Part shown: one piece after another, positions 20,601 to 27,982 of the stretch
Numbering within the stretch: the first letter of the stretch is position 1
Layout of the letters: each line of letters opens with the position of its first letter
Origin: Candidatus Peregrinibacteria bacterium
Lineage (GTDB): Bacteria > Patescibacteriota > Gracilibacteria > Peribacterales > Peribacteraceae
Length of the DNA: 64,000 nucleotides
Assembly: GCA_043814035.1 (NCBI GenBank)
Contig: JBDRKJ010000007.1
Span: 128,100 to 192,099, forward strand
Reading direction: 5' to 3'
Notes under the pieces: generated by a model
What the model was told of the DNA's origin: nothing
What the model saw: only the letters and a program-made list of their open reading frames with translations
Databases searched by the model: none
Translations under genes and position numbers: made by a program

Positions 20601-21053
20601 GGCAACGGCATTATGGAACAGCCGGAATGGTGCGACGATGGAAATACCGCCACAGGGGACGGATGCTACAGGTGCCTCACGCAGGGAGGGTTCTCGTGCA
20701 CCAAGGTGTATGGCCAACGGTCCATCTGCACGCGCACGCAATGCGGCAACGGCGTGGTCGACTCGGGAGAGGTGTGTGATGATGGCAACGTGGTCGGAAA
20801 CGATGGTTGCGGCGGGGACTGCAAAGTGGAGTATGGATTCTCTTGCGTCATCTACAAAGACCAGCCCTCTCGCTGTAGCAGGGGAACGTGCGGCAATGGC
20901 CGATGGGATCTGTACGAAGACTGCGACGACGGTAACAAGAGCAGTAGTGACGGCTGCAGTGCGGCCTGCAAGTATGAAGCGGGTTGGATCTGCACTGGCT
21001 ACCCATCAAGATGCTCGCGCAACGGTATATCCCCACCCAAGACCACGCATTGA
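17637..21053 (+). CDS. Giant Cys-rich modular surface protein B (1138 aa), mosaic paralog of protein A
   Basis: Starts 24 nt after protein A. Modules:
- N-terminal hydrophobic anchor.
- Myxococcus-type Cys repeats (18006-18134, 19146-19274, three at 20598-21011).
- One golvesin-C-like unit (18201-18668).
- Poly-Ser linkers.
- A Cys module shared with A (18900-19127).
- A duplicated 62-aa module (19638-20009).
- A CARDB-like sandwich (20079-20561). Confidence 0.85.
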   Translation: MPSLHLRWPSLLLPLGLFAIIAAIIVTVRSPALWTAQTVTAYCGNSVVDAGETCMEPGLGTCSESQECIQCRCTTPNKSFRCGNVYGRTGGCTPTRAGMTCMIECRNNRLIAGKCDANKNCYGYCGDGKVDLGELCDTGDILNSEACTEFCTIRSGWTCTGSPSRCTLTPAAASSSAAAASSALANRKDIVLDNNDLGFMSYSGTWSVSSVGYKGAQHVHATGPSDWNRPLEWGGWSINRVPVGSYGMYATWEPSSQYSKKVTLEIDRSRGLVSVPSENNRWTRATINQQNSPTASWTCNGRKWRYFGNLTITKDYNYVGVFMYTENGAPRNSRFAMDGFILSPSDRKPVCAVPQSSSSSQVSSSSSQSSSSSSQSSSSSVSSDPCEGGRCALECPCGSIDCGCICLPCSSSSSSSSQSSLFCATTGKLVYVSPSMGPTTCCSQFDSIKRLSWFAGNRCYSPINSVIGTCVRGWDEICGNGSCDTNDEDQCTCPEDCHGSAPSCGDGQVVSPEQCDDGNQWTDDGCSHPDCQVESGWICSGSPSQCTRIASSSSSARPVCGNGIREGSEECDNGSANGLNFSCGRDCMMCIAPPPCPTGTHGSGGGIDARGCATGGQCIPNEAVCGNGIREGSEQCEVGITCPPINCFTTPCPQQQCDFATCSCSFTCPDPTPPICAGGVLFPQLGTDENGCKRPPVCCEGAASGGECTTNMNCTNGKCVVESCTCGYLCPDPTPPICAGGVLFPQLGLDENGCKRPPVCCEGAASGGECTMNMNCAGGRCIVESCTCGHGVASASSQPLQVSSMSSVSGQLYPDIIYTGNVIPQPKLKLSIEGPTYGPVDTPFTLTAIVENTGDLFDKSTEMTLSWIMSKPEILSFPPTCTRSYPSGGISGYPVYFTCPVPAITPSTPGKKVSFPFTFQLDRSRFTSAIAKACVDPTSMIFELKPIIIRQRTPGGNIINHQMGGQKVPLLYTHRCDSSSSSRVLAVCGNGIMEQPEWCDDGNTATGDGCYRCLTQGGFSCTKVYGQRSICTRTQCGNGVVDSGEVCDDGNVVGNDGCGGDCKVEYGFSCVIYKDQPSRCSRGTCGNGRWDLYEDCDDGNKSSSDGCSAACKYEAGWICTGYPSRCSRNGISPPKTTH
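19638..20009 (+). repeat. 186-bp in-frame tandem duplication (2 copies) inside protein B
   Basis: Copies at 19638-19823 and 19824-20009 both encode CPDPTPPICAGGVLFPQLG.DENGCKRPPVCCEGAASGGEC.... The first ~125 nt of each copy are almost identical at the nucleotide level. Confidence 0.9.
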
Positions 21054-22019
21054 TCACTCGTGGAGGACGTAGGTCGCCCCCTTGCGGGCGGCCAGTTTCT
21101 CCTGCTCCAATTGCCTGAGTATTTCTGAAAGCCACCCCCTGTGTGCTGGGGACCAGTCGGAGCAGGTCTTCCGTCCAATGGAGGATACGAACAGGCCATC
21201 CGTCGCGTCGCGGAGTACTTCGATGATTTTGCCACGTGTAATGCGATTCGCAACGAAGCGACCGGCGATGACACGACCCGGTTCAGCATTCGGAGCTCGA
21301 AGCTCGGTCTTGGGAAAATTTCTGGGCGTGGCTTTCATAAGACTTTTTTTAGAAAGCGGACATGTATCCCATTGGGGACTTCTTTTCGTCTGGACTAAAG
21401 AACCAAAGTCCATGAGTGCAGCATGCCAATTACGGGCATCGTGATCCTGGTAACCATCCATCGCCACCTGCAAGACCTCTTCTGCAACCTTTAGAAGATA
21501 TTTGTCATCTCTCTTCCACGTTCCGTCTGAGGATTCCGGGCCGACGAATGCGCGATGCAAGATACGACGGATGTTTGTATCGATGCACGGAGTCGGCAGG
21601 TTGAAAGCAAAATTCCGGATGGCGGCGGCCGTGTAGTGACCCAACCCCTTAATGCTCTGTAGTTCTTCCATACTTAAAGGAAAGACACTCCCGTGTTGTT
21701 CCACAATCGTACGGGCGGCATCACGCAGACGGAGTACACGGCTGTTGTAACCCATCCCGCGCCAGGCGAGGATCACCTCGCGATTGGAGACTGCCGCAAG
21801 GTCGTGAAGGCGAGGAAACTGTTTCAAAAATCGCTCGTAAATGATGACGACGCGCTCCACCTGCGTCTGCTGGAGCATGACCTCAGAAACAAGGATGTGA
21901 TAGGCACGCTCGGTGTCATCGTCAATGGTCAAATCACGCCATGGGAGCGACCGTTTCTGCCGTGCGTACCACTGCCAGATCGCCTCAACAAAGGCCAATA
22001 TCCGCTTATTTTGCTTCAT
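21054..22019 (-). CDS. mutY: MutY-family HhH-GPD adenine DNA glycosylase-like protein lacking the Fe-S cluster cysteines
   Basis: LVSEVMLQQTQV, GMGYNSR, HhH LQSIKGLGHYTAAAI, and the catalytic Asp in CIDTNIRRIL. The start is placed at the internal ATG (22019, MKQNKR). The longer ORF to 22148 adds a non-conserved basic extension. The cluster loop reads SLVQTKRSPQWDTCPLSKKS, with one Cys instead of four. Confidence 0.8.
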   Translation of the reverse strand: MKQNKRILAFVEAIWQWYARQKRSLPWRDLTIDDDTERAYHILVSEVMLQQTQVERVVIIYERFLKQFPRLHDLAAVSNREVILAWRGMGYNSRVLRLRDAARTIVEQHGSVFPLSMEELQSIKGLGHYTAAAIRNFAFNLPTPCIDTNIRRILHRAFVGPESSDGTWKRDDKYLLKVAEEVLQVAMDGYQDHDARNWHAALMDFGSLVQTKRSPQWDTCPLSKKSLMKATPRNFPKTELRAPNAEPGRVIAGRFVANRITRGKIIEVLRDATDGLFVSSIGRKTCSDWSPAHRGWLSEILRQLEQEKLAARKGATYVLHE

Positions 22020-22194
22020 TGTGTGCAGTGTAATCGACGGAGCAACGTGAGGACCATGCCCGGCCGCGAACGAAATCTCTTTCCCTCCCCGATTTTGGCC
22101 GTAAATCCGTTGACTGCCCCTATCAATCTCCCTAGACTTTCCGGGCAAAAAGAAGCTAAAGTGCTTCTGATATTCTCCTTTTCCCTCCTTTGAT

Positions 22195-23376
22195 ATGGCA
22201 GATCAGAAGAAGTTCGATCGCTCGAAGCCGCACGTAAACGTCGGCACCATTGGTCACGTCGACCACGGTAAAACCACTCTCACGGCAGCCCTCTCCGTTA
22301 ACTTCTCACCGGAAGGCGAGAAGAAGGTCTTCGCTGATATCGACAACGCGCCCGAAGAGAAAGAGCGCGGCATTACCATCAACACCTCGCATGTGGAGTA
22401 CGAGTCTGCCAAGCGTCACTACGCTCACGTGGACTGTCCGGGTCACGCCGACTACGTGAAGAACATGATCACAGGTGCCGCTCAAATGGACGGTGCTATT
22501 CTCGTCGTTTCCGCAGCCGATGGCCCCATGCCTCAGACCCGCGAGCACATTCTTCTGGCCCGCCAGGTGAACGTGCCGTACATCGTGGTCTACCTGAACA
22601 AAGTGGACCTCGTCACGGATCAAGAGCTCATTGATCTCGTCGAGACCGAGATACGTGAACTGCTCACGAAATATGATTTCCCCGGCGACAAGACGCCGAT
22701 TCTGCGAGGCTCCGCCCTCAAAGCGCTAGAAGGTGATACAGGAGAAATCGAAACCCTGAAGAAGCTCTTGGATACGCTCGATGAGTGGATTCCTATTCCC
22801 GAGCGCCAGATAGACAAGCCATTCCTCATGTCGGTAGAAGATGTGTTCTCGATCAAGGGACGCGGTACCGTGGCTACGGGTCGTATCGAGCAGGGCAAGG
22901 TGAAGGTCAACGAAGAGGTCGAGATCGTCGGTATTAGGCCGACCAGCAAGACCGTCGTCACGGGTGTGGAGATGTTCCACAAGCTTCTCGACGAAGGTCT
23001 GGCCGGTGACAACGTAGGCTTGCTTCTGCGTGGTATTGAACGCGAGGATATCGAGCGCGGCCAGGTGCTGGCCAAGCCCGGTTCCATTACCCCGCACACC
23101 AAGTTCGAGTCAGAGGTGTATGTCCTCACAAAAGAGGAAGGTGGTCGCCACACCCCCTTCTTTAAGGGCTACAAGCCGCAGTTTTACCTCCGCACGACCG
23201 ACGTGACGGGTTCTGTAGAACTGCCCGCCAACGTAGAAATGGTCATGCCGGGTGACAACGTGAAATTCGTCGTCACACTCGGCGCGCCGATCGCTCTGAC
23301 CGATGGTACCCGCTTCGCAATTCGTGAAGGCGGTCGCACAGTCGGTTCGGGTGTGGTGACCAAAGTCGTTGAATAA
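22195..23376 (+). CDS. tuf: Elongation factor Tu
   Basis: [22 protein letters not shown], and full-length conservation. Confidence 0.98.
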   Translation: MADQKKFDRSKPHVNVGTIGHVDHGKTTLTAALSVNFSPEGEKKVFADIDNAPEEKERGITINTSHVEYESAKRHYAHVDCPGHADYVKNMITGAAQMDGAILVVSAADGPMPQTREHILLARQVNVPYIVVYLNKVDLVTDQELIDLVETEIRELLTKYDFPGDKTPILRGSALKALEGDTGEIETLKKLLDTLDEWIPIPERQIDKPFLMSVEDVFSIKGRGTVATGRIEQGKVKVNEEVEIVGIRPTSKTVVTGVEMFHKLLDEGLAGDNVGLLLRGIEREDIERGQVLAKPGSITPHTKFESEVYVLTKEEGGRHTPFFKGYKPQFYLRTTDVTGSVELPANVEMVMPGDNVKFVVTLGAPIALTDGTRFAIREGGRTVGSGVVTKVVE

Positions 23377-23387
23377 CAATTTTCTCC

Positions 23388-23417
23388 CGTAGCTGGGGTT
23401 CATGAACCCCAGCTACG
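23388..23417 (+). promoter_or_regulatory. Perfect 13-bp hairpin between tuf and rpsJ (attenuator/processing-site candidate)
   Basis: CGTAGCTGGGGTT-CATG-AACCCCAGCTACG, 12 nt after the tuf stop, with no U-tract. The ATG of the longest rpsJ ORF (23402) sits in the loop. Confidence 0.5.
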
Positions 23418-23452
23418 ACGAGAATTATCTTGCTCTTTCCCCCCTCCTCTCC

Positions 23453-23962
23453 ATGGCCCCTCAGAAGAAGGCACCAGCGAAGAAATCCCCTCCTGCAAAG
23501 GATACGAAGAAAAAAGCTCCTGTGCAGAAGAAGACTCGTGCCTCCCAGCCTTCGCTGAAGCTTCGACCGGCAAGCAAGAGGGAGCCTGTGGTTGCCGTGC
23601 AAGAGAAGAAACACACTCACTCTCCTACTCCCAAGAAAGCAGCCGATGCAAAGGCTGTCCCTTCGATTCGTATTCGCTTGAGCGCGTTCGATCACACTGT
23701 TTTGGATGAGGCAGCAGCAAAGATTATCGATACCGCAGAGCGCTCGGGTGCTGTGATTCACGGGCCGATTCCCCTGCCCACCCGCATCCGCAAGTTCACC
23801 GTGAATCGCTCAACCTTCGTGCACAAGAACTCGCGCGATCAGTTCGAGATGCGTACGCACCGTCGCCTAATCGACCTTAAAGAAACCACGTTCAAAACCA
23901 TGGAGAGCCTGCAGAGCTTGAGCCTACCCTCCGGCGTGGATATTGAGATTAAAATGCGGTGA
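23453..23962 (+). CDS. rpsJ: Ribosomal protein uS10 with a ~70-aa Lys/Pro/Ala-rich N-terminal extension
   Basis: The core [14 protein letters not shown]...GPIPLPT...[26 protein letters not shown] is canonical S10. The start is placed at ATG 23453 ([11 protein letters not shown]), which is preceded by a CT-rich leader. Alternative start at 23402. Confidence 0.88.
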   Translation: MAPQKKAPAKKSPPAKDTKKKAPVQKKTRASQPSLKLRPASKREPVVAVQEKKHTHSPTPKKAADAKAVPSIRIRLSAFDHTVLDEAAAKIIDTAERSGAVIHGPIPLPTRIRKFTVNRSTFVHKNSRDQFEMRTHRRLIDLKETTFKTMESLQSLSLPSGVDIEIKMR

Positions 23963-24005
23963 GTTTAGCCTTTTAGTTTATTGGTAACTGCTAATAGGCT
24001 CGTGA

Positions 24006-24695
24006 TCACTTCCACTTCTTCACCTTTAAGCCTGCCTCCGCCGCAGCCTGTTCTGCCTCCTGTTTGCTTACGCCATCCCCCTGCGCCACACGTTCTTCGT
24101 CAACGAATATGGCACACGTGAAAGTTTTTGCATGATCCGGACCTTGCTCATCAATCACCTCATAGCGCGGTGTGACGCCAAGAAGCTCCTGAGATTTCTC
24201 TTGAAAGACACTTTTGAAATCACGATGCTTGCCGGCTTTAAGCAGCTCCCCCAGACGTTGGAGAATGTGATCAAAACAGAATGTGCGTGCTGCCTCGAAA
24301 CCCTGATCGAGATAGATCCCTCCAATGAGTGCCTCAAGGGAATTTGCCAGCGTTGATTCCTTTTCACGGCCACCACTGGCCTCCTCTCCGCGACTCATGA
24401 AGAGGTATTCTCCTAATTTAAGCTCCCGCGAAACGACAGCGAGCTGCTTGCCGTTTACAAGGGCGGCACGCCAGTTGGTGAGCTCTCCTTCGCTCTTTTC
24501 CTCAAAAGAAAAGAGATACTCCGTAGTCACGAGCTCGAGCACAGCGTCGCCCAGAAACTCCATGCGCTCATTGTGCTTATGCAGATGAGCTTTTCCTGTG
24601 GCACTGCGATGCGTGAGTGCTTGCGCCAACAGATCCTTATTCTGAAAAGAGAGATGCAGCGATTTCTCTAGGAGGACGAGAGATTGGGGAGCCAT
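24006..24695 (-). CDS. rnc: Ribonuclease III
   Basis: Signature ERMEFLGDAVLELV, plus a C-terminal dsRBD (KTFTCAIFVDEERVAQGDGVSKQEAEQAAA). Confidence 0.95.
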   Translation of the reverse strand: MAPQSLVLLEKSLHLSFQNKDLLAQALTHRSATGKAHLHKHNERMEFLGDAVLELVTTEYLFSFEEKSEGELTNWRAALVNGKQLAVVSRELKLGEYLFMSRGEEASGGREKESTLANSLEALIGGIYLDQGFEAARTFCFDHILQRLGELLKAGKHRDFKSVFQEKSQELLGVTPRYEVIDEQGPDHAKTFTCAIFVDEERVAQGDGVSKQEAEQAAAEAGLKVKKWK

Positions 24696-24752
24696 GTCGA
24701 TATCAGTGTATGGGATCGATGAGAGAAGTGAAATAGTTCCTCAGGCATCCAT

Positions 24753-25157
24753 CTACGCGTGTATATCTTGCGCAATCGCATTGAGCACCCCATTCACAAA
24801 TTTACTACTCTCGGAGGTACCGTACTCCTTCGCGATTTCAATGGCTTCATTCATGATGACAGCCGGCGGAGCTTCTTTGAGTATGAGAAGTTCATACGCG
24901 CCAACGAGCAGAACACACCGTGAAATCGGATCCATGCGTTCGAGCGACCATCCGGGCGCATGTTCCTGAATGGCTTTTTTGAGCGTATCTTCCTGCTCTT
25001 CAATACCCAAGATCAGTGTTTGGGCAAAGGATTCATCCATCTCACCCAGCTCTTTTGCATTTCGCGAAAGCGACTCCTCTTCATCACACGGCCTTCTCTC
25101 TCGCTCGAAGAGCGTCTGCATAACGGCAATTCTAGAGAGATGACGACGTCGAGCCAT
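24753..25157 (-). CDS. nusB: Transcription antitermination factor NusB
   Basis: RHLSRIAVMQTLF...ERMDPISRCVLLVGAYEL...VIMNEAIEIAKEYG...KFVNGVL. Confidence 0.9.
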   Translation of the reverse strand: MARRRHLSRIAVMQTLFERERRPCDEEESLSRNAKELGEMDESFAQTLILGIEEQEDTLKKAIQEHAPGWSLERMDPISRCVLLVGAYELLILKEAPPAVIMNEAIEIAKEYGTSESSKFVNGVLNAIAQDIHA

Positions 25158-25182
25158 GAGAGAACGGAAAGAGCAACGGCAA

Positions 25183-25368
25183 TTATGCCTTGATTCTTGT
25201 AATACCCTTTAGGGCTTTCTGCGTCTTTCGCTTCGGCGCAGCGAGAGCTGCAAACGGGGAATTCTGCTTATTCTTCAACTTGCGAATGCGCCTCTGCACG
25301 TAGATCGAATGCTGCCGCCTGCCGCGGCTTTTCTCGCGCCGTTTCTTGGGTGTCGGTCGCTTCGACAT
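25183..25368 (-). CDS. Small basic protein, possibly ribosomal protein bL32
   Basis: The N-terminus RPTPKKRREKSRGRRQH resembles the bL32 motif (P.PKKK.SK.RR..RR.H). There is no zinc-ribbon Cys and the remainder is not diagnostic. Confidence 0.4.
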   Translation of the reverse strand: MSKRPTPKKRREKSRGRRQHSIYVQRRIRKLKNKQNSPFAALAAPKRKTQKALKGITRIKA

Positions 25369-25449
25369 GTTGGGCGTAGGGTAAACGAGAGCAAGGGTTT
25401 GTGCAAAGAAAATGTGAGCAGAATAACACCCTGTTTCCCGAATACGGCT

Positions 25450-26139
25450 TCACCGCCTGTTACCGCTGAGCGCCAGCATGAAACGTAGAATATACAGGAA
25501 GAGATTGAAGATATCGAGATAGAGACTCAGGGCCAGCAGAAAGGGATTAGCCCCCAGACGACCGAGTGCCTGAATGCGTTGTATATCGTACGCAGTGAAC
25601 GCCGCAAAGATCACAACACCCACCCCTGCAATAAGTACCTCTGCTCCGCCGGTACGAAGTGCCGGCACAAAGATCTGCAGAAGTGCGATCGCAATAAGCC
25701 CAATAAGCCCCATGAAGAGCACTCTTCCGAGACCCGAGAGATCCGCCTTCGTCGTGAGCGCGAATACCGCTGTTCCTGCGGCCATGAAGACCGTCGCAGC
25801 CAGAGCATTGAGCAGAATCGTCGCTCCATTTACGTACCCCGCAAGAACGTACAGGATGTAGGGAGAGACTGTAATACCTGACAGCAGCGGAAAGGTTGCA
25901 AAGAGAATGATGTTGAGCGGTGAGGAACGCATCCACATGCGCGACGTGAAGATTAAAACGAGCTCAGCAATGAGAAAGAAAATATGTAAACCTGAACCAA
26001 TCAACACCCGGGCGTACGCAATACCGAGAAATGTTCCAACAACCGTGAGGGCGAGGGCGAGAGCAAAAAGCCCATACACCTTCGCTTCAGAGGAGGAATT
26101 GAGTACAACCGGATGACTGCGGACAGAAGTGAGCGCCAT
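25450..26139 (-). CDS. BAX inhibitor-1/YccA family membrane protein
   Basis: Seven hydrophobic segments and the family C-terminus (AFTAYDIQRI...LALSLYLDIFNLFLYILRF). The start is set at internal ATG 26139. The longer ORF to 26355 overlaps the divergent gene and is Cys-rich junk. Confidence 0.8.
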   Translation of the reverse strand: MALTSVRSHPVVLNSSSEAKVYGLFALALALTVVGTFLGIAYARVLIGSGLHIFFLIAELVLIFTSRMWMRSSPLNIILFATFPLLSGITVSPYILYVLAGYVNGATILLNALAATVFMAAGTAVFALTTKADLSGLGRVLFMGLIGLIAIALLQIFVPALRTGGAEVLIAGVGVVIFAAFTAYDIQRIQALGRLGANPFLLALSLYLDIFNLFLYILRFMLALSGNRR

Positions 26140-26259
26140 AAGGATCCCATCATACGATTGACGACAAAGAATGCAATTGCCGCTTGCATAAGCCTCTTTA
26201 CCGATGCTCTTTTCTGAGGATAGCCACAGAATCCAGTTTCTGGTACAATAAACAGATTT

Positions 26260-27069
26260 ATGCGCAAGTTCTCCGCAGCAATCATCGCCGTACTTGCCGC
26301 CATCCTTCCACAGGTGGTCCTGGCAGCCTCGAACCCGAATCCGGGCATCATTCAAACGTGCGTCGTGCCGGGAATTTCCTGTCTTGGCGGAGACCTAGCC
26401 TCGTACATCGACTCGACCATACTCGAAGGGGCACGCATCGCCTTCACGGGGCTACTCTTCGGCGCCATTCTGTACTACGGCATTCGACTGCTCCTTGCCC
26501 CCGAGAGTGAGAATACTCTGACAGAAACCTCAAAGGCATTTGAGTATGCAATCTTCGGTGTCATCCTCATGGTTGGTGCGAACCTCATCGCTTCCAGTTT
26601 TGTGACAGGAGGCGTAGCCGAACCAGCGGGATTGACCACCGTACTCGGTACAATCGTCACCTTCATTAAAGCGATCATCGCCACAGCCCTACTTGTGAAT
26701 ATCAGCATTCAGGGATTCAACATGATCACCTCGACCGACGAAGGTGGCTTCACCAAAGCGCGAACACGCTTTCTTCATGGTGTGTACGGCGCAGCCATTG
26801 TGCTTCTGGCCTCACCGATCGTGAACATGGTGTACGGCAAGAACCCTTCAGCCGGAGAGATCGAATTAAAGGGAATTGCCAACTACATCATTACCATCTT
26901 CGGCCTACTCGCCGTCGTGGCACTGATCATAAGCGGTATCATGCTGATTGTTTCTGTTGATGAGAGTTTCAAAGACCGAGCAAAGAAGCTCGTTACCGGA
27001 AGCCTCATTGCTCTCATCGTCGTCATCTCGGCCGGTGCACTCGTCAATTTCTTCATCATTCGACCATGA
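26260..27069 (+). CDS. Membrane protein made of three VirB2/T4SS-pilin-like helical hairpin repeats (copy 1)
   Basis: Signal peptide (AVLAAILPQVVLAAS), then three units of hydrophobic helix, short polar loop (S.DE....KA+) and hydrophobic helix. An example unit is LLAVVALIISGIMLIVSVDESFKDRAKKLVTGSLIALIVVISAGALVNFFI. Confidence 0.6.
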   Translation: MRKFSAAIIAVLAAILPQVVLAASNPNPGIIQTCVVPGISCLGGDLASYIDSTILEGARIAFTGLLFGAILYYGIRLLLAPESENTLTETSKAFEYAIFGVILMVGANLIASSFVTGGVAEPAGLTTVLGTIVTFIKAIIATALLVNISIQGFNMITSTDEGGFTKARTRFLHGVYGAAIVLLASPIVNMVYGKNPSAGEIELKGIANYIITIFGLLAVVALIISGIMLIVSVDESFKDRAKKLVTGSLIALIVVISAGALVNFFIIRP

Positions 27070-27872
27070 CATATCGCTCTGTCATACGCTGGCTGGGAGC
27101 ATGTGCGCTGTGGACCATCCCCATGGTGGCTTACGGCTTCTTCGAAGACACCATTCAGCACGTGGGCGGCGCACTCTCGAGTGGGATTGGTGGTGCGGAA
27201 TTCGGCAGTATCTACCAGGTCATCACCGAATCTCTGGTGGGAATAGCATCAATTCTCGGTGTTGTAATGATCGTGCGAACAGGACTCACCCTCACGATCA
27301 GTCAGGATGAGGGACAATTCGCCAAGGCGAAGAAAACAATCATTGCTGTTTCTGCAGCACTCATCATCATCAATCTTGCTCCGCGGATCGCCGAGGCGTT
27401 CATTGCCTACCAGAGCGGCGGACCCGGTATTCTGGATACAGAAATAAGAGGCCTTCTCAGCTTCTTTGAAACGGTTGCTGCGATCACGGCAATCATCTTC
27501 TTGATTGTGAGCGGTATTCGCGCGGTGATCAGCTACGGAGGAGAAGACGGTGGAACACACATGAAACGTGCGATTATCAGTATTGGAGCAGGTATCCTCA
27601 TTATTGCCGCCAAACTGCTCATCGTGAACGCCGTTGTCATTGAGCGCACGCCGGGCGGCATCCTCGCGATCATCTCCACATTCATGACACTACTACTCGG
27701 CTTCGTCGCGTTCGTTGCAACGATCGTACTTATTTGGGCCGGCCTGCTGATGATCGTGAATCTCGGCAAGGATGAACAGTACACGCGTGCCAAGAATCTC
27801 GTCATCCGCGTGGGCATCGGCCTCATTGTCATCCTCGTAAGCCTCGCATTGGTGCAATTTGTTATTGTATAG
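27066..27872 (+). CDS. Membrane protein made of three VirB2/T4SS-pilin-like helical hairpin repeats (copy 2, paralog)
   Basis: ATGA start/stop overlap with copy 1. Same three-unit architecture (ILGVVMIVRTGLTLTISQDEGQFAKAKKTIIAVSAALIIINLA; IIFLIVSGIRAVISYGGEDGGTHMKRAIISIGAGILIIAA; IVLIWAGLLMIVNLGKDEQYTRAKNLVIRVGIGLIVILVS). Confidence 0.6.
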   Translation: MTYRSVIRWLGACALWTIPMVAYGFFEDTIQHVGGALSSGIGGAEFGSIYQVITESLVGIASILGVVMIVRTGLTLTISQDEGQFAKAKKTIIAVSAALIIINLAPRIAEAFIAYQSGGPGILDTEIRGLLSFFETVAAITAIIFLIVSGIRAVISYGGEDGGTHMKRAIISIGAGILIIAAKLLIVNAVVIERTPGGILAIISTFMTLLLGFVAFVATIVLIWAGLLMIVNLGKDEQYTRAKNLVIRVGIGLIVILVSLALVQFVIV

Positions 27873-27929
27873 GCATGGAAGGAAAACCTACGGTTCTCCT
27901 TCCATGAACCATCCTCTCCCTTTAATGGT

Positions 27930-27982
27930 GTGCCTCCAGGCAAGCAAAGCTCGCCTTCGGCACAGATTTTATTATTTATTTT
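27930..27982 (+). terminator. Intrinsic terminator candidate after the pilin-like pair
   Basis: Compound hairpin GTGCC...GGCAAGC-AAA-GCTCGCC...GGCAC followed by AGATTTTATTATTTATTTT. A separate 10-bp hairpin (27874-27906) lies directly after the stop. Confidence 0.5.

Noticed and set aside
21048-21059. The convergent genes (protein B and mutY-like) abut with zero spacing. Their stop codons form the palindrome TGATCA.
   Set aside because: This is curious and leaves no room for terminators. It is most simply genome compaction, with no evidence of a functional element.
22020-22148. N-terminal extensions offered by the longest ORFs. These are mutY to 22148, BI-1 to 26355, rpsJ from 23402, purE from 35431, the membrane ORF to 44201, the dehydrogenase from 48937, the zinc-ribbon ORF from 50044, the phosphohexomutase from 29957 and csoR from 56242.
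   Set aside because: The extensions are non-conserved. They overlap neighbouring genes, tRNAs or hairpins. Internal ATGs are preceded by the -10/N6-9 or CT-rich leader pattern typical of this window.
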